Shown piece by piece: positions 49,607 through 59,103 of a stretch of DNA of 59,335 nucleotides (positions are counted from its first letter, which is position 1; each line of letters opens with the position of its first letter). Origin of the DNA: Gemmatimonadota bacterium (lineage in GTDB: Bacteria > Gemmatimonadota > Gemmatimonadetes > Gemmatimonadales > GWC2-71-9); NCBI GenBank assembly GCA_025350665.1, contig JANXXJ010000063.1, positions 1-59,335 on the forward strand. Reading direction: 5' to 3'. The translations under genes and the position numbers were made by a program. The notes below the pieces were generated by a model. It saw only the letters and a program-made list of their open reading frames with translations. It made no database searches and had not been told where the DNA came from.

Positions 49607-51432
49607 TGACCGGCCAGGCCCGCCCGATGATCGCATGGACCGTCATGGCACTGGCGGCCGCCGGCAGTGCCGCCGCCCAGTCGGTCCGGGTCCACGTCGT
49701 CGAGGCCGAGACCAGGCAACCAGTCCCCGGCGCGATCGTCAGCGTCGTGGACGGGACCAATCGGCGGCTCGTCCAGGGCCTCACCGGTGAGTCGGGCCGG
49801 CTGGTCCTTCGCGCACCAACGCCCGGATCCTTCCGGCTCCGCGCCGACCGGATCGGCCACCCCGGGATCTGGAGCGAACCGTTCGATCTCGGCGACTCGA
49901 TCTCGATCGAATTGGTGATGCCCGTCGATCGCGTGACCCTGCCCGAGCTCACCGTCCGCGCCACGTCGAATTGCGAGCCCCGCGCCGACGGGGAACAGAC
50001 CGCAACGCTGTGGGAGGAAATTCGGAAGGCCCTCTCCGCCGGGCAGATCACGTCGGTCACGCAGAGCGTCGAGTTGGACGTGCAGCGGTTCCGACGCTAC
50101 CGGACCTGGTCGGGCAGCCTGCGGGCCGACAGCACGATCGAGGAGTACAGCACGCGGAGCTCACCCTTCGTCAGCCCCGCTCCGTCCGCGCTGCGGGCGG
50201 AGGGCTACATCCGGCAGTCTGGTGACCAGTATCAGTTTCGAGGGCCCGATGCGACGGTCCTGCTGTCACCGGAGTTCCTCGAAACCCACTGCTTCGAGCG
50301 GAAGGCGTCTCGGAATACCCCGGGACTCGTAGGGCTGGGATTTCGCCCGACCCGGGAGGTCGAGCTCCCCGACATCCAGGGAACATTGTGGGTCGATCGT
50401 GGCACGCTCGAGCTCCACCACCTCGACTTCGAATTTCAGAACGCGCCCCCTGCGGTCCGCGCCCCCGGCATCGGCGGACGGGTGGAGTTCGAGCGGCTCG
50501 CCACCGGGAGCTGGATCATCCGGGACTGGTACATCCGGAGCCCCGACCGAGTCGTCATCGCTCGCCGCGGGGCCTCGCCGCTGGATGCCGTTCGGGACAG
50601 CATCGTCGGCTATGTCGACGAGGGAGGCACTGCGCGCCCGGTAGGGGATGTCCGGACGGCGCTCCGGGAGACCGCAGCCAACGTGCGCGAGGCCACTCGG
50701 ACGTCAGGAGACCTGCGAGGGCGGCTGGTCTCCCCCGAAGGCACGCCGATCGCCGGGGCCCTGATTGCCGTCGCGGAGACGGATTCCGTCTACACCAGCG
50801 GGGGCGACGGGCGTTTCGAGGTGCGCGACCTGCCGTCCGGCCGGCTCCAGGTCCGAATCCGTGCCATCGGGTTCCGGCCGTTCGGCGCCGAATTCGCCCT
50901 GTCGAGCGGGCGGCGGTTGATCGACACGACCCTGATCCTGCAGCACTCGGCCCAGATCCTCGATTCGGTCGTCGTGACCGCCAGGGCGACGACGTTCGAA
51001 GCCGGGAAGATGGCTGACGTCGAGCGCCGGATGAAATCAGGCTTCGGGCGGTTCATCACCCGGACCGCGCTGCACGACCCGCTCCAGGGCGGCCTGGACA
51101 CTCAGCTCCGCCGATTCGCCCGGATGCGGCTGGCGCCGTTGTGTCACGGGATCGGCCTGGGCGCGATGTCCGCCACGCGCGGCGACTCGCCGATCGGTGT
51201 GAACTGTCACCCCCAGGTTCTCACCGGGTGTTTCATGGCGGTGTTCATCGACGGGGCCTTGTACTGGTCACCGGACATGGGCGCGGTGGCCGAGCCGCCG
51301 GATCTGACCAAGTTCAACCCGCTCGACCTGGAAGCAGTCGAGGTCTACCGGAGCGACGCCGAGCTGCCGATCGAGTTCGGCGGTACCAACGCGTCATGCG
51401 GCGTTTTGCTGCTCTGGACTCGGGTCGGATGA
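49603..51432 (+). CDS. Secreted protein with two carboxypeptidase-regulatory-like domains and a C-terminal plug-like domain
   Basis: Signal peptide; PVPGAIV..G..RADRIG and PIAGALI..RAIGF repeats; VFIDG, DLEAVEVY, CGVLLLWT. Confidence 0.8.
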   Translation: MMTGQARPMIAWTVMALAAAGSAAAQSVRVHVVEAETRQPVPGAIVSVVDGTNRRLVQGLTGESGRLVLRAPTPGSFRLRADRIGHPGIWSEPFDLGDSISIELVMPVDRVTLPELTVRATSNCEPRADGEQTATLWEEIRKALSAGQITSVTQSVELDVQRFRRYRTWSGSLRADSTIEEYSTRSSPFVSPAPSALRAEGYIRQSGDQYQFRGPDATVLLSPEFLETHCFERKASRNTPGLVGLGFRPTREVELPDIQGTLWVDRGTLELHHLDFEFQNAPPAVRAPGIGGRVEFERLATGSWIIRDWYIRSPDRVVIARRGASPLDAVRDSIVGYVDEGGTARPVGDVRTALRETAANVREATRTSGDLRGRLVSPEGTPIAGALIAVAETDSVYTSGGDGRFEVRDLPSGRLQVRIRAIGFRPFGAEFALSSGRRLIDTTLILQHSAQILDSVVVTARATTFEAGKMADVERRMKSGFGRFITRTALHDPLQGGLDTQLRRFARMRLAPLCHGIGLGAMSATRGDSPIGVNCHPQVLTGCFMAVFIDGALYWSPDMGAVAEPPDLTKFNPLDLEAVEVYRSDAELPIEFGGTNASCGVLLLWTRVG

Positions 51433-51520
51433 CGGGGCGGACACTGTGAAGACAACCTCACACCGGGTTGCAGGCCCGGATATGCCTCTCCGGGTAGGTT
51501 GAATCTCCCCCGGAGGTTCC

Positions 51521-52105
51521 ATGCGTCGCATTCTGCTCGCCTATGGCACGACGGACGGTCACACCGCCAGGATCGCGGCCACGGTTGCCAACAAACTCAA
51601 GGCCATGGGAGCGCAGGTCGATGTGCGCACCGGCCAGGACGCCCTGACCAACTGGCTGCTGCCCGAGGACTACGAGGGCGTGGTCGTGGCGTCCTCGATC
51701 CACGCTGGCGGCTTCCAGCGATCCGTGAAAACCTGGGTGACCCACCACCATCAGGCCCTGAACGCCCGCCCGACCCTGTTTCTGCCGGTGTGCCTCGCGG
51801 TGCTCCAGAAAGACCCGAAGGTCGAAGCCGAGTTGCGGGGAATCGTGGACGGGTTCCTGAAGCATGCAGGCTGGAGTCCGACGGTCACCCGTCCGGTGGC
51901 CGGCGCCCTGCTGTACACCCGGTACGGCTGGTTTAAGCGAATGATCATGAAACGGATCGCGCGCAAGGCGGGCGGGGATACCGACACGACGAAAGACTGG
52001 GTGTACACCGACTGGAAGGATCTCGATCGGACCGTGGGCGCGTTCTATCAGGCCGTGGCGCCGCCGGCCGAGAGCCGCACCCTGGCCGGAGCCGGGAGCC
52101 GTTAG
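51521..52105 (+). CDS. Flavodoxin-domain protein, HemG-like protoporphyrinogen oxidase
   Basis: ILLAYGTTDGHT.RIA, SIHAG, AGALLYTRYGWFKRMIMKRIA, YTDW; GGAGG SD. Confidence 0.8.
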   Translation: MRRILLAYGTTDGHTARIAATVANKLKAMGAQVDVRTGQDALTNWLLPEDYEGVVVASSIHAGGFQRSVKTWVTHHHQALNARPTLFLPVCLAVLQKDPKVEAELRGIVDGFLKHAGWSPTVTRPVAGALLYTRYGWFKRMIMKRIARKAGGDTDTTKDWVYTDWKDLDRTVGAFYQAVAPPAESRTLAGAGSR

Positions 52106-53325
52106 CGGCGTCCGGTCCAGCGGTAGACCACGCCGCCTTTCATCACGAACACCACCCGCCGAACCGCCGAGAGGTCCTCCCGGGGATCGCCGTCGAGCGC
52201 AATCAGGTCCGCCTGATACCCGGCCCCGATCGACCCGATCTCCGACCCCAGACCTAACGACTCCGCCGCGAGCGATTCCGCCGACACCAGCGCGTCCATC
52301 ACCGGCTGCCCGCACGTCACCACCCGCCCGAAGAACTCCTCGGCGTTCCGGCCGTGGGCGCCGGCCGTCGCGTCGGTGCTGAAGACCATCTTCGTCCCCG
52401 GTGTAGTCATTGCATGGCGGCAGATCACCGAATCGAGCGGGAGATCGCGCGCCATGATCGCGAAGCCCTCCTCGGTGTAGTTGCCGATGCCGAGGTAATG
52501 GGCCTTGTTCTCGAGATAGTTCTGGGTCACCAGCCCCAGCTGCGGACTGAAGTACACCCCCGCCTTCGCCACTGCCGCCACGTCATCGGCCGAACCATAG
52601 GTGGCGTGCTCGACCTGGGTACATCCGGCCAAGGCCGCCTCCCTGATTTGCGATCGGTAGGCGTGCACCATCGAACGGAGGCCCAGGCGCTTCGCCTCGC
52701 CGCACAGGATGGCTAACTGTTCGCGGGTGAGCGTCGGACCCGCCCCGACCCGCATGCTCTTTGAGGAGAAGATCTTGATCAGATCGGCGCCCTGCCGCGC
52801 CCGCTCCTGGACCATGGCGCGAAGCTGGTCCGGCGTGCCGGTCGAATCGCCGCGGCCGAAGATCGGCTCGAGCGAGGTCAGGAGGCGGGGACCGGGCAGC
52901 CCGCGCGTGATGGCTTCCCGGAGCGGAAGGTCCAAAGCCTCGCCGACACTCTGGACGGTCGTGAAGCCGCCCATCAGCGTGCGCCACGCATTGGCGGCCG
53001 CGCCAAGAGTTTGATCGGCGGGGCTCTCGCTCTCGGTCGCCAGGCGCCCGTCCCGACCGAAGTGGGAGCCAATGTGAACGTGGGTGTCGATCCAGCCCGG
53101 CAGCACGGTGAGCCCGCGAAGATCGTAGGTCACGCCGCCGGCCTTGGGATCCAGCCCGGCGATCTTGCCCTGCTCGATCACGATCCGGGTCGGCGCCAGC
53201 ACGCCGCCGCGGCCGTCGAAAATCCGATCGGCCTCGATCACGGTCCTCGCGACCGGTGCCTGCGCCCCAACCGCGGCCGGCATCAATCCCAGGACCAGGA
53301 CGGCGCGAACGATCGACACGGTCAC
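52102..53325 (-). CDS. Secreted amidohydrolase (prolidase/imidazolonepropionase-like)
   Basis: PGWIDTHVH, IKIF, VHAY, VEHA, STDA, ADLIALDGDP. Confidence 0.88.
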   Translation of the reverse strand: MTVSIVRAVLVLGLMPAAVGAQAPVARTVIEADRIFDGRGGVLAPTRIVIEQGKIAGLDPKAGGVTYDLRGLTVLPGWIDTHVHIGSHFGRDGRLATESESPADQTLGAAANAWRTLMGGFTTVQSVGEALDLPLREAITRGLPGPRLLTSLEPIFGRGDSTGTPDQLRAMVQERARQGADLIKIFSSKSMRVGAGPTLTREQLAILCGEAKRLGLRSMVHAYRSQIREAALAGCTQVEHATYGSADDVAAVAKAGVYFSPQLGLVTQNYLENKAHYLGIGNYTEEGFAIMARDLPLDSVICRHAMTTPGTKMVFSTDATAGAHGRNAEEFFGRVVTCGQPVMDALVSAESLAAESLGLGSEIGSIGAGYQADLIALDGDPREDLSAVRRVVFVMKGGVVYRWTGRR

Positions 53326-53326
53326 C

Positions 53327-55087
53327 TCAGGTGGGCCGCCGGGTGGCCTGGTCGCGCCGGACCGTGAGGCGTTTGCCCTTGACCTTGGTGGCCCGGAGCG
53401 CGGTGACCACGGCGTCCACCGACTCATCGGGCAACTCCACCAGCGAAAAGTTGTCGGTGATTTCAATGCCGCCGATGGCGGCGGCCGCGATCCCGGCCTC
53501 GTTCACGATCGCGCCGACCAGGTCGGCCGGGCGCATGTTGGCCTTGCGGCCCGCGCCGACGTAGATCCGCGACATCCCCGCCGTCCGGCGCTTGGCGCGG
53601 GACGGGGCCACGGGCCGCTCGCCCGCCCGGGGCGCGGAAGCCTTCGGCGCGGAAGCCCTCGGTCCGGAAACCAAAGGCGCAGACGCATGAACGGTGTACG
53701 CCCCGGGGGCCGAGGCCCGGACAGCCCGCTCCGGCGGCGGCGACATGTCCACGATGGGCGGCCCGCTCTCTTCCTCCGCCGGTCCCGCCGTCGCCTCGTG
53801 GGCCAGCTGCACCGCCGCCGCCGCGATGTCCATCACGTCGAACTCGCCCGCCAGCGATTCCACCACGACCCGGTAGCTCTCCAGCCCCTCCCCGATGATC
53901 GCCTCGCGGAGCGATGCTCGCGTCACCTCGAGGCGCTTGGCCCGGACGTCGAACACCGTCGGGAGCCGGGCGATTTCGATCTTCTGCCCGGTCACCTGCT
54001 CGATGTTGCGGAGCATCCGGTGTTCGCGGGGCTCCGCCAGCGTGATGGCCACACCTTCGCGGCCTGCCCGCCCCGTGCGCCCGATCCGGTGCACGTACGC
54101 GCCCGGAGACTCGGGAACATCGAAGTTCACCACATGGCTCAACTGCTCGATGTCGAGCCCGCGGGCGGCGACGTCGGTCGCGATCAGCAGATCGAGCACG
54201 CCCGTCCGGGTCCGCTTCATCACCCGATCGCGCTGCATCTGGGTCATGCCGCCATGCAGCGCCTCGGCCTGATAACCCCGGCCGCCGAGACTTTCCACCA
54301 GACCGTCCACCTCGGTCCGGGTCCGGCAGAACACCAGCGCCAGGGTCGGCATCTCGAGATCGAGGACCCGGCCCAGCGCCGCCACCTTCTGCGCCCGGGT
54401 CACCATGTACGCCGTCTGACGGGTCTTGGGCAGCTTGCCGGCCGCGACCTTCTTCTGCTCGAGCAGCACCCGGACCGGGTTCTTGAGGTGCCGGTTGGCG
54501 ATGGTGATGATCCGGGCCGGCAGCGTCGCGGAAAAGAGCGCGGTCTGCCGCTCCGCCGGCGCCGCCGCGAGAATCGCCTCGAGGTCCTCGGCGAATCCCA
54601 TGTCGAGCATCTCGTCGGCTTCGTCCAGCGCCAGCGACACCAGGCCGCTCAGGTCGAGCGTGCCGCGGCGGATGTGGTCGAGGGCCCGGCCAGGCGTGGC
54701 AATCACCACATGCACGCCACGCCGGAGGGCCCGGATTTGCTGGTCGAAGGCCTGCCCGCCGTAGATCGGCACGGTCTGCGCCCCAAACGCCCGTCCGTAC
54801 CGGTGGAATGCCTCCGCCACCTGCATGGCCAGCTCGCGGGTCGGCACCAGCACCAGCACGGCCGGCCGTGACGAGGGTGGTGCCCCGGGCGGCAGCCGTT
54901 GCAGCAGCGGCAGCGCGAAGGCCGCCGTCTTGCCAGTGCCGGTCGCCGCCTGCCCGAGCAGGTCGCGTCCCGCCAGAAGAGGCGGAATCGCCTCGCGCTG
55001 AATCGGCGTGGGCTCCTCGTAACCGAGGGCCGTGAGCGCTTCGCCCAGTGCGGGAGCGATACCGAGGTCTGCGAATGTGGTGGTCAT
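53327..55087 (-). CDS. deaD: DEAD-box RNA helicase with DbpA-type RNA-binding domain (DeaD/CsdA-like)
   Basis: ATGTGKT, PTRELA, DEAD, SAT, HRIGRTGRAG, C-terminal RPADLVGAI. Confidence 0.92.
   Translation of the reverse strand: MTTTFADLGIAPALGEALTALGYEEPTPIQREAIPPLLAGRDLLGQAATGTGKTAAFALPLLQRLPPGAPPSSRPAVLVLVPTRELAMQVAEAFHRYGRAFGAQTVPIYGGQAFDQQIRALRRGVHVVIATPGRALDHIRRGTLDLSGLVSLALDEADEMLDMGFAEDLEAILAAAPAERQTALFSATLPARIITIANRHLKNPVRVLLEQKKVAAGKLPKTRQTAYMVTRAQKVAALGRVLDLEMPTLALVFCRTRTEVDGLVESLGGRGYQAEALHGGMTQMQRDRVMKRTRTGVLDLLIATDVAARGLDIEQLSHVVNFDVPESPGAYVHRIGRTGRAGREGVAITLAEPREHRMLRNIEQVTGQKIEIARLPTVFDVRAKRLEVTRASLREAIIGEGLESYRVVVESLAGEFDVMDIAAAAVQLAHEATAGPAEEESGPPIVDMSPPPERAVRASAPGAYTVHASAPLVSGPRASAPKASAPRAGERPVAPSRAKRRTAGMSRIYVGAGRKANMRPADLVGAIVNEAGIAAAAIGGIEITDNFSLVELPDESVDAVVTALRATKVKGKRLTVRRDQATRRPT
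53631..53672. repeat. 15-bp tandem repeat (about 3 copies) in deaD linker
   Basis: GGCGCGGAAGCCTTC GGCGCGGAAGCCCTC GGTCCGGAAACC; encodes PRASAPKASAP. Confidence 0.7.
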
Positions 55088-55200
55088 TGTCTGGCCAATC
55101 TAACGGATGGGGGCGATTCGGCCCCATTCCACGGCTTCACCGCCCCTTCACTCATTGGGCGCTACCATGCAGGGTGAAGCGGCAGCCCTGGGAGGGCCCC

Positions 55201-55434
55201 ATGTCGAAGCTGATGGACAAACTCACCGGCGCGCCGAGGACGGCGCTCAAGAAGGCCTACAAGAAGGTGGAAACCGAGGTACTGGCCGCGGAAGGACGTC
55301 GTTCTCTGGAACGAAAGAAGGCGGTCGCCAAGGCGGTCACGAAGCGAGCGGCAAAAGCCGCCCTGATGGCCGGGGCCATGGCAGCCGCCTCCGTGGTGGT
55401 TCGGGAGATCCGGAAGCGCCGCGCCCCGGGCTAG
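55201..55434 (+). CDS. Small basic Lys/Ala-rich hypothetical protein (77 aa)
   Basis: GGAGG SD, high GC3, stop overlaps the convergent gene stop. Confidence 0.7.
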   Translation: MSKLMDKLTGAPRTALKKAYKKVETEVLAAEGRRSLERKKAVAKAVTKRAAKAALMAGAMAAASVVVREIRKRRAPG

Positions 55435-56744
55435 AGCATACCCTCGTCCACCATGGCGCCGACCGAGGCCGTCAGCGCCTCGACCGTCAGGGCGATGTCG
55501 GCGCTGGAATGGGCCGCTGACAAGGTGAACACCTCACCGCGGGTGGTGGCGATCCCGCGGGTCAGGAGTTGGAGTTCCAATCGCTGATACCGCGCGGCAG
55601 CTCCCGGATCGACCAGCCGGGCGGTGTCCGACACCGGCGGATCGGCGTCCGTTTCGCGCTCGATCGCCCCGAGATAGATATGGCAGATCGATCGCCCGTA
55701 CAGTCGGGCCGGCAGCCCGGCCCGCCGGAGCGACGTGTTGGCCTGCTGCCGCAACTGGGCGGCGGCGGCGTTCGCGGCCCGCTGGGGCGCTCCGTCTTGG
55801 TACAGACCACAGGCTGCCACGCCCGCCGCGCAGGTCACCGGCACCGCGTTCCAGGTGCCCCCATGAAGCACCCCTCGCCCGGGCGGCGCATCGGGTGACA
55901 GCGCGGCCAGCAGATCGGCTCTGCCTAACAGTGCGCCGCAGCCCATCCCGCCACCGGCCGCCTTGCCCACCGAAGTGAGATCAGGCCGGATCCCAACCAC
56001 CGACTGCCAACCGCCCGCGGCCTCCCGAAAACCGGTCACCACTTCATCGAGCAGAAGCAGTGTGCCGTACCGTTCGCACAGCCCGGGCATGGCCCGGAAG
56101 AAATCGGGATCGGTGGGAACCCGCCCGGACAGCCGTCCGCCGCCGCCCTCGATCAGCGCACAGGCATATGTCCCGCTCGCGAGTTCCCGTTCGAGCAACT
56201 CCAGGTCGTTGGCCCCGATCGTGGTGATGTGGTCTTCGAGCGCGCCGGCCGTCCCCGCCCCCGCCAACTCGTCGGCCCAGCCGTGGTAGTTGTATTTGAA
56301 CTTGAGGAGCCGCTTCCGCCCCGTGGCCACCCTGGCCAGGCGGATCCCCATCTGATTGGCTTCCTGCCCCGAGGCAAAGAACTCGATCCGTTCGGCCGCC
56401 GGCATCAGCGCCCGAATCAGTTCGGCCCATTCCACCTCGAGCGGATGGCTGTCCCCGTAATGGAGCCCCAATCGGCTTTGCGCTCCGATCGCCTCGATCA
56501 CCGCCGGATGACTGTGCCCCAGGATCAGCGCCCCGTGGCCCATCACGTAGTCGACATATTCGTGTCCGTCGGCATCCCACTTTCGGGCACCCTGGGCCCG
56601 GACGATGTAGGGACGGAACGGCGCCATCACACGCGAGAAGTGAGTCGCGCCCCGGGCCGCAAAGAACCCCCGGGCCCGGCCCGCCAGCGCCGCCGATCGC
56701 GGCCGGGCCCCGATATAGGCCCGGGTCAGGTCATCCGATTCCAT
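55431..56744 (-). CDS. Class III PLP aminotransferase (glutamate-1-semialdehyde aminomutase-like)
   Basis: WDADGHEYVDY, YHGW, DEVVTGFR, GKAAGGG, HGGTWN. Confidence 0.9.
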   Translation of the reverse strand: MESDDLTRAYIGARPRSAALAGRARGFFAARGATHFSRVMAPFRPYIVRAQGARKWDADGHEYVDYVMGHGALILGHSHPAVIEAIGAQSRLGLHYGDSHPLEVEWAELIRALMPAAERIEFFASGQEANQMGIRLARVATGRKRLLKFKYNYHGWADELAGAGTAGALEDHITTIGANDLELLERELASGTYACALIEGGGGRLSGRVPTDPDFFRAMPGLCERYGTLLLLDEVVTGFREAAGGWQSVVGIRPDLTSVGKAAGGGMGCGALLGRADLLAALSPDAPPGRGVLHGGTWNAVPVTCAAGVAACGLYQDGAPQRAANAAAAQLRQQANTSLRRAGLPARLYGRSICHIYLGAIERETDADPPVSDTARLVDPGAAARYQRLELQLLTRGIATTRGEVFTLSAAHSSADIALTVEALTASVGAMVDEGML

Positions 56745-56755
56745 GGGAAAGCGGC

Positions 56756-57496
56756 CTATGGCTTGAGCATGCGGTCGACCTGCTGCTGAATCATCGGCTT
56801 CATGTTGTCGGGCGCGATCGCCAGGGCCTTGTCGAAGCTCGCCTTGGCTCCGTCCTTGTCGCCGGACTGGACCTGGGCGCCGCCTAACGCCAGCAACGTC
56901 CGCACATCCTCGCCGTTGTTGGCGATTTCGAGCTGCAGGAACTTGACCGCCTCGGCGAACTTCTGTTTCTGGGCCATCCGCTCACCCAGGCCGGTCAGCG
57001 GACCCCGGGCAAAGTTGTAGGCAAATCCGCCGTAGTAGCGCTTCCGCAACTCATCGTACTTCGCGGTGGCCGCGTCCATGCCGGCCGAGTCGAGAGCGGC
57101 TTCGAGGACGTCCTCGATCGGCACCGGACGGGCCAGCCCGCGATGGCAGGTGGTGCAGGTGACCGTCAGGCGCTTTTCCCCCAGCTCGGCCAGGTGGGTT
57201 CCGTTGATCGCCTGCAGCATCTTGAGCATGACCCGCGCCTTCTGCTTCGCCGGCTTGTCGTCGGACGCGAAATCGAAGGTATTGAGGTCGCCCTGGCCGA
57301 CGTGGCAGTGGTCGCAGCGGACGCCGAGTGCGCCGGTGAAGCCGCGCATCACCTGACCCAGCCGCTGACCCCGGATGCTGTCCGGCAGCACTTTGATGTT
57401 CTTGGGATTGTCGGGCCAGCGGAAGCCGCCCTGGGCCAGCGCGAGAGACGGGATCGAGCCGAGCAGAACGGCAGCCAGCAGCAGCGAGCGGCGCAT
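56756..57496 (-). CDS. Dihaem c-type cytochrome (PufC/CytoC_RC-like) with C-terminal TPR
   Basis: Signal peptide, KNIKVL, CDHCH, KARVMLKM, CTTCHRG, TPR-like helices. Confidence 0.85.
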   Translation of the reverse strand: MRRSLLLAAVLLGSIPSLALAQGGFRWPDNPKNIKVLPDSIRGQRLGQVMRGFTGALGVRCDHCHVGQGDLNTFDFASDDKPAKQKARVMLKMLQAINGTHLAELGEKRLTVTCTTCHRGLARPVPIEDVLEAALDSAGMDAATAKYDELRKRYYGGFAYNFARGPLTGLGERMAQKQKFAEAVKFLQLEIANNGEDVRTLLALGGAQVQSGDKDGAKASFDKALAIAPDNMKPMIQQQVDRMLKP

Positions 57497-57608
57497 CGAA
57501 ACTCCGAGCCAAAAGGGGAGCGCTAAAGGTCGCCCGATCCCGCCACCGCGCAAGCGGCCAGACCCGCGGACTTGGCAGCCGGACCGGCCTCAGGCCACAT
57601 TGCTTCCT

Positions 57609-58622
57609 ATGACCGAACCGATGCTGCGATGGGGCATCCTCAGTACCGCCAATATCGGCCGGGGGGCGGTGATCCCCGCGATCCAGGCGTCGCGGAACGG
57701 TCAGGTCGTGGCCGTCGCCAGTCGCGATGCGGCCCGGGCCGCCGCCTTCGCCGCCCACGCCGGCATCCCCGTGTCACTCGGCAGCTACGAAGCCCTGCTC
57801 GCCGATTCGGCCATCGACGCCATCTACATCCCGCTCCCCAACAGCCTGCACCACCCCTGGACCATCCGCGCCGCGGAACACGGCAAGCACATCCTTTGCG
57901 AAAAACCGCTGGCGCTCACGACTTCGGAATGCCTTGAGATGGAGGCGGCCGCCCGGGCCAACGGCGTCCAGCTGATGGAAGCGTTCATGTACCGGTTCCA
58001 TCCCCGAACCACCCGGGTGGTCGACCTGATCCGCGCCGGCGCGATCGGCCAGCTCAAATCAATCCGCAGCGCCTTCACCTTCCGCCTCAGCCGGCCCGAC
58101 AACATCCGGCTCCGGCCGGACCTGGGCGGCGGAGCGCTGATGGATGTGGGCTGCTACTGCGTCAACGTCAGCCGCACCATCGCCGGCACCGAACCAACTC
58201 GCGTGCAGGCCTGGGCCGAGTGGACCTCGGGCGGGGTCGACGGCCGACTGGCGGGGACACTGTTCTTCCCCGACGACATCACCGCCCAGTTTGACTGCGC
58301 GATGAGCATGGAACGCCGGGAATGGGTCGAGGCAGCCGGCACCGACGGCGCCCTCCGAGTTACCTCAGCGTTCGTCCCCGGAACCGGCCCCGTCCCGATC
58401 GAGCACCACCGCGGCCGCGACCTGACCACCGAGTCAATCCTCGGCGCCGACGAGTATCAGGCCATGGTCGAACACTTTGCCGACTGCGTTCTGACCGGGA
58501 CGACGCCGCGATATCCTGCGAAGGAAGCGGCGGCCAACCTGGCCGTGATCGCCGCCTTGTACGCATCGGTGCGGTCAGGTGGAGGCCCGACGGATGTTGC
58601 GGATTCGGGATTTGTTCGGTAA
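57609..58622 (+). CDS. Gfo/Idh/MocA-family oxidoreductase
   Basis: RWGILSTANI, GKHILCEKP, EAFMYRFHP, GGALMDVGCY. Confidence 0.92.
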   Translation: MTEPMLRWGILSTANIGRGAVIPAIQASRNGQVVAVASRDAARAAAFAAHAGIPVSLGSYEALLADSAIDAIYIPLPNSLHHPWTIRAAEHGKHILCEKPLALTTSECLEMEAAARANGVQLMEAFMYRFHPRTTRVVDLIRAGAIGQLKSIRSAFTFRLSRPDNIRLRPDLGGGALMDVGCYCVNVSRTIAGTEPTRVQAWAEWTSGGVDGRLAGTLFFPDDITAQFDCAMSMERREWVEAAGTDGALRVTSAFVPGTGPVPIEHHRGRDLTTESILGADEYQAMVEHFADCVLTGTTPRYPAKEAAANLAVIAALYASVRSGGGPTDVADSGFVR

Positions 58623-58694
58623 CATGGATCTGGTCGGTACCTCAACCAGCCGGTGACCCAATCGCCGGCGTTCCGCTACCCGGATGACGCCATC

Positions 58695-59096
58695 ATGACT
58701 TCAGACATCGGTTTCAAAAAACTCACCCCGGTTATGGTGGTCGATACCGTCGAACCCTGCCTTGCCTTCTGGAGCGAGCGGTTCGGATTCGAGACCGGGG
58801 CCACCGTCCCCGGCCCGGACGGGAAGATTCTCTTTGCGATCACGGCCAAGGGCGGGATCGAGTTGATGTACCAGACCCGGGCCAGCGTTCTGGCGGAGGA
58901 CCCCGCCGCGGCCAAGGACCTCGACGGCCATTCGATCGCATTGTTCTTCGAGGTCGAGAGCATCGACGCCGCGGAGCGGGCATTGGCCGGAGCCACCATC
59001 GTCAAGCCGCGGCACCAGACCTTCTACGGCAGCACCGAGATCTACGCCCTCGAGCCCGGTGGCAATTCCGTCGGCTTCGCCCAGATGGGCGGCTGA
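58695..59096 (+). CDS. VOC/glyoxalase-family protein
   Basis: LTPVMVV, LFFEVESID, TFYGSTEI..LEPGGN.VGF. Confidence 0.85.
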   Translation: MTSDIGFKKLTPVMVVDTVEPCLAFWSERFGFETGATVPGPDGKILFAITAKGGIELMYQTRASVLAEDPAAAKDLDGHSIALFFEVESIDAAERALAGATIVKPRHQTFYGSTEIYALEPGGNSVGFAQMGG

Positions 59097-59103
59097 ACAA
59101 CGA

